DNA of 39,127 nt, taken from the IMG/VR virus record IMGVR_UViG_3300031861_000375, positions 1 through 39,127 of that record; one strand, given 5' to 3'. The position numbers and the translations under genes were made by a program. The notes beneath the pieces are model-generated. The model worked only from the letters and a program-made list of their open reading frames with translations, was not told the DNA's origin and did not search any database. The stretch comes from a virus (lineage: Duplodnaviria > Caudoviricetes). This document shows, one piece after another, positions 35,507 to 39,127 of this stretch. The first letter of the stretch is position 1; the number at the start of each line of letters is the position of its first letter.

Positions 35507-36081
35507 GCCATCTTCTTATCGGCCTGCACGGCCTCGCCCGCACCGGTAAAGACACCGTAGCCCGCTACCTGGCCGCGCATTACGCGCTACTGTCCTACGC
35601 CTTTGCCGACCCGCTCAAGCAAGCGCTGGCACAGATGTTCAACCTTACCGAGGCCCAGCTGGAAGGCGCCGCCAAAGAGCAGAACATCGAGTGGCTGGGC
35701 AAATCTCCTCGCCAGCTGATGCAGTTGCTCGGTACCGAGTGGGGCCGTCACCTAGTGCACCCTGACCTTTGGGTGCTGCTGGCTGAGCAGAACATCGGCA
35801 ACCACCTGAGCATCGACCAAGCCCGCTACAGCGGCGTGGTAGTGCGTGATGTGCGCTTTGACAACGAAGCCAACTGGCTGCGCACGCGCGGCGGCAGCGT
35901 GGTGCACATCCTGCGCCCGGATGCACCCAGCGTGGCCAGCCACAGCAGCGAAAGCGGCCTGGTCATTCACGACAACGACTTCGTGCTGCGCAACGAAGGC
36001 AGCCTGGATGATCTGTACGCCCAGGTGGCCAAGCTGATGCTCATCTTGCAGGCCCGCCAACGCCTGCGTAACGCAGCCTGA
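35503..36081 (+). CDS. Deoxynucleoside monophosphate kinase
   Basis: GLARTGKDT P-loop, FADPLK, SPRQLMQLLGTEWGR, DVRFDNEA, HSSE. Confidence 0.92.
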   Translation: MSHLLIGLHGLARTGKDTVARYLAAHYALLSYAFADPLKQALAQMFNLTEAQLEGAAKEQNIEWLGKSPRQLMQLLGTEWGRHLVHPDLWVLLAEQNIGNHLSIDQARYSGVVVRDVRFDNEANWLRTRGGSVVHILRPDAPSVASHSSESGLVIHDNDFVLRNEGSLDDLYAQVAKLMLILQARQRLRNAA

Positions 36082-36091
36082 GGCCACGCCC

Positions 36092-36364
36092 ATGAACCGC
36101 GACCTCAACCAGGCTGCCGCCGTGCTCGGCATGGGCCCGCGCAAGCTGCGCGACCAGCTGCGCGAGCGCGGCATCATCAACCACCAGGGCGAGCTGGCGT
36201 GCCGCTACCGCGACAAAGGCCATCTCTATATCGAAACCCGCAGCCGCTGGAACAAAGCCATTAACGGCTGGACCCACTACGCCGCCGTAATGGTCACCGA
36301 GTCCGGCATTGCCTGGCTGGCCGAGCAGCTGGATATCAACATCACTATCAAATTGAGGGCTTAA
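36092..36364 (+). CDS. Antirepressor KilAC-like domain protein
   Basis: AAAVLGMGPRKLRDQLRERGII and VTESGIAWL motifs. Confidence 0.8.
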   Translation: MNRDLNQAAAVLGMGPRKLRDQLRERGIINHQGELACRYRDKGHLYIETRSRWNKAINGWTHYAAVMVTESGIAWLAEQLDINITIKLRA

Positions 36365-36366
36365 CC

Positions 36367-36756
36367 ATGTCTCTTACCCAAGAACAACGCGCCGCTATTG
36401 AATCCACCCCGCATGCTGCCATGGTCGCGGCGCTGGTAAAGCCAGGCCAAGACATCATCCAGCAGATGACACCCGGCAAGGCGAACGCCCTACACATGGC
36501 CGTTGGCGCATCGGGCGAAGCGGGCGAACTGCTGGACGCAATCAAGCGCTTTGTTATCTACAACAAACCGCTTGACCGCGAGAACGTGGTGGAAGAGCTA
36601 GGCGACCTTGAGTTCTTTATCGAAGGCCTGCGCGCTGAGTTAGGCATCAGCCGCGAAGAAACACTCACCGCCAACAAGTTCAAGTTGCTGGGCAAGCGCT
36701 ATGCCAGCGGCACCTACAGTGACGCGCAAGCCATTGCGCGCGCAGACAAGGCCTAA
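36367..36756 (+). CDS. MazG-like nucleotide pyrophosphohydrolase
   Basis: GEAGELLDAIK, EELGDLEF, N..KL..RY motifs. Confidence 0.88.
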   Translation: MSLTQEQRAAIESTPHAAMVAALVKPGQDIIQQMTPGKANALHMAVGASGEAGELLDAIKRFVIYNKPLDRENVVEELGDLEFFIEGLRAELGISREETLTANKFKLLGKRYASGTYSDAQAIARADKA

Positions 36757-36760
36757 CCGC

Positions 36761-37123
36761 ATGACCAGCCCAGCCAACCACGCTATCGGCGCGCTCAAGC
36801 TGGCCGTGCTGAACATCGACCACCCTGGCGTTATTCGCCCATCCATCGTGCAAACCGCAGCGGTAGAGGCCATTGGCCGTCTGCAGAGCAACCAGCCGCA
36901 CGCCGATGACCTCGTGCGCCTTTACACCCAGCTGCTGGCCGTTACGCCAGCGGGCTACCTCCCGCACGTCACGCTCACCCAAGCGAGCAGCAGCGCCTTT
37001 GGCTGCGTCATCACCGACGCCGCCGGCAATGTGGTGGATCGCCAGGTGGGTAAAACCACCGAAGGCATTGCTGAGATTATCCGCCTGCGCTTCACGCGCC
37101 CGATTGCGGAGGCCACCCCGTGA
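36761..37123 (+). CDS. Hypothetical early protein
   Basis: 120 aa from MTSPANHAIG; GTGA overlap with next gene. Confidence 0.65.
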   Translation: MTSPANHAIGALKLAVLNIDHPGVIRPSIVQTAAVEAIGRLQSNQPHADDLVRLYTQLLAVTPAGYLPHVTLTQASSSAFGCVITDAAGNVVDRQVGKTTEGIAEIIRLRFTRPIAEATP

Positions 37124-37368
37124 GCAGCCGACACGCCCACCTCAAACAGGCCTACCCCATTGGCTACCTGACCATTGAGCAGGTACTGGCACTGGAACCA
37201 CTGGCCAACGTACCCAGCCTGCGCGCCCTGCGCCGCCACGTGGAGTCCGGCCGGATAGACCTCCGCCTGAGCCGGCTCAACGACCTACCCGGCGCCCGCT
37301 GGATTGTTTACACGCACCACCTGGCCGAATGGCTCGACCGCCAAGAAGCCGCCGCCGACGCGGCATAA
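37120..37368 (+). CDS. PrtN-family (pyocin activator-like) DNA-binding protein
   Basis: LRRHVESGRIDL...VYTHHLAEWLD pattern, 82 aa, GGAGG RBS. Confidence 0.72.
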   Translation: MSSRHAHLKQAYPIGYLTIEQVLALEPLANVPSLRALRRHVESGRIDLRLSRLNDLPGARWIVYTHHLAEWLDRQEAAADAA

Positions 37369-37410
37369 CCCGCCCCACCAAGGGCACACAACCACCAAGA
37401 GGCACAGCAC

Positions 37411-37758
37411 ATGAAAGCAACCGATACCACCGAGTTTCTAGGCTCACTCAATGCCGGCGTATTTGCTCAGCAAGTAGGCCGCGCCCTTTCCGATGTAGCC
37501 GCGGGCGTTGTCGACCACGGCAAAAAGGGCAAGGTCGTTCTCACCTTCGAGCTCAGCCAAATTGGCGAGAGCAACCAGGTGAAGGTCAACCACAAGCTGG
37601 ACTTCGCCCAACCCACCAAACGCGGCACCAAGCGCGAAGACACAGCGCTGGATACGCCCATGTACGTCACCGCCAACGGCATCGAGCTGTTCCAAAACGA
37701 CCCAACAGCGCAGCTGTTCAACAAGCAAGACACCCCGGTGCGCGCCCAAGAGGTTTAA
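37411..37758 (+). CDS. Conserved prophage protein (YfdP-like), partner of DUF2303
   Basis: LNAGVF...ALSDVAAGVVDHGKKGKV, TPMYV motifs; directly before DUF2303 gene. Confidence 0.72.
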   Translation: MKATDTTEFLGSLNAGVFAQQVGRALSDVAAGVVDHGKKGKVVLTFELSQIGESNQVKVNHKLDFAQPTKRGTKREDTALDTPMYVTANGIELFQNDPTAQLFNKQDTPVRAQEV

Positions 37759-37807
37759 GCGCGCCGTTCTGTAGTAATTCCAAGCCACTCACCAAGGAAA
37801 CACCTCA

Positions 37808-38638
37808 ATGTTTAACAAAGAAACCTTACAGCACATCGAATCCCAAGCACTGGTTGCAGCAGCTAAGCCCATTAGCATCGACGGCGGCAGTAACGTGGTC
37901 GTGCTGCCGGACTCAGTCAGCATGCACAGCCTGGAGCGCTACCAGCCGATGCGCGATCGCTTTCGCGCCAGCCTGAAAACCCAGTCCCTGCGAGACTTCA
38001 GCAAGTATGTCGAGCGCCACAATGACACCGACCTCGGGCTACTTGCCGGCGGCTTTATCGACCAAGACGCCATGTCGGCCACCGTCATTTTCAACCTGGG
38101 TACGCCCGACGAAGCCGGCCACGGCGATGACCGTGCCACCCTCACCCTCAAACCGTCCGCTGCCTACACCGCCGTTCAGTCGATTGTCGGCAAACCCCTC
38201 AGCCAGCAAGCCCTGGCCGAATGGCTGGAAGACTGGGCACCGAACATCACCGCCACAGCGGGTGACGAAACACTGACCATCGCGGCAGCCATCAGCGGCG
38301 TGCGCAAGATGACCATCAAAGCCACCAGCCAGCGTGACAGCTCGGTCGGTGACCTCAGCGCGACCCGCAGCGCAATGGACGAAATCGAAGCCAAAAGCCA
38401 AGAAACCCTGCCAACCGTCTTCCTGTTCCAGGTCGTGCCGTTCGAGGGCTTGGCAGAATCGACCATCACCCTGCGCCTGTCGGCTATCACCGGCGAAGAC
38501 AAGCCCGTACTCAAGCTGCGCTGGGTCGGGGAAGAGGCCCAGCGCGAAGGCTTCGCCATTGAGTTCAAGCACGTGCTCGAGCAAGAAGTCGGCGGCTTCG
38601 TACCCCTGACCATCGGCACCTTCGCTATCGGCAACTAA
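37808..38638 (+). CDS. DUF2303 (YfdQ-like) family protein
   Basis: FNLGTPDEAGHGD, LSQQALAEWLEDW, PFEGL motifs. Confidence 0.85.
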   Translation: MFNKETLQHIESQALVAAAKPISIDGGSNVVVLPDSVSMHSLERYQPMRDRFRASLKTQSLRDFSKYVERHNDTDLGLLAGGFIDQDAMSATVIFNLGTPDEAGHGDDRATLTLKPSAAYTAVQSIVGKPLSQQALAEWLEDWAPNITATAGDETLTIAAAISGVRKMTIKATSQRDSSVGDLSATRSAMDEIEAKSQETLPTVFLFQVVPFEGLAESTITLRLSAITGEDKPVLKLRWVGEEAQREGFAIEFKHVLEQEVGGFVPLTIGTFAIGN

Positions 38639-38692
38639 CCCACCACCCACTGCCGGCCTCACCAGCCGGCAGCAACCCAAGGGACACAGCAC

Positions 38693-39127
38693 ATGACCAC
38701 TATCAACATCATCTTCACCGCCTTTACAGTCTGCGCGCTGGCTGGGCTGATCGCCTACCGCATAGGCCTCAGCACAGGCGCCCGCGCCCAACGGCTGAAA
38801 AACCAAACACTGCGCAACGCTCAAGCCAAGCTCATCCAGAGCGCGAACAGCTCAATCGAGAGCCTAACCGCCCGCATGGCTGCCCTGCTCACCCGGCAAA
38901 CGGAAACAGCCGAGCGCGCCACCCAATGCGAGGCCCGCGCCAACGCTCTGGCCACCAAACAAGAGAGCCACCAGGCGCAGCTCGAAGCCATCATGCAAGA
39001 CGCCGACGACCGCGTAGCCACCTACGCCCGCCGCGCCAACCCCTTCAACCATGAAGACCGCATCACCCTGCAAGCCGCCGCCAACCAGCTGGACGTGGCC
39101 GCCAACACTTACTCTGGCCTGCAAGCC
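38693..39127 (+). CDS. Membrane-anchored coiled-coil phage protein, 3' truncated by window edge
   Basis: MTTINIIFTAFTVCALAGLIAYRIG then helical region; frame open to window end; AAGGGA RBS. Confidence 0.7.
   Translation, partial: MTTINIIFTAFTVCALAGLIAYRIGLSTGARAQRLKNQTLRNAQAKLIQSANSSIESLTARMAALLTRQTETAERATQCEARANALATKQESHQAQLEAIMQDADDRVATYARRANPFNHEDRITLQAAANQLDVAANTYSGLQA

Larger units (their letters stand above)
1425..39127. mobile_element. Lambda-like temperate prophage (partial; integrase end outside window)
   Basis: Ordered immunity, replication, lysis, packaging, head and tail modules. Left boundary uncertain and may include 1-1388. Confidence 0.95.

Noticed and set aside
35503-36756. 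Modified-base (dZ) biosynthesis cluster
   Set aside because: No PurZ, DatZ or phage DNA polymerase gene is present in the window.

Overview
Almost the whole window is a lambda-like (cos-type, long non-contractile tail) temperate prophage, most likely of a pseudomonad. Minus strand, right to left: cro-like, cII-like, DksA/TraR finger, primase-helicase, iteron origin, late regulator, two holin-like genes, terminase, portal, ClpP-type protease, decoration protein, capsid, tail genes (with a -1 frameshift chaperone), tape measure, tail tip and fibre, GH19 endolysin, nested Rz/Rz1 and an adenine methyltransferase. Plus strand: CI repressor, a two-gene cargo cassette, and an early operon (dNMP kinase, KilAC domain, MazG-like, PrtN-like, YfdP-like, DUF2303) running off the right edge. 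No integrase or att site is visible. A STAS-GHKL plus STAS-like gene pair sits at the left edge. The most striking unexplained signal is non-coding: five hairpins between cII and cro carry 9-13 nt segments exactly complementary to the translation-initiation regions of four early genes, suggesting a multi-seed antisense RNA circuit. Other candidates are a Pro-rich peptide plus SLATT-like membrane protein behind cI, and a LexA-box-controlled structured RNA upstream of the methyltransferase. All family assignments are from motif recognition and synteny, not database searches.
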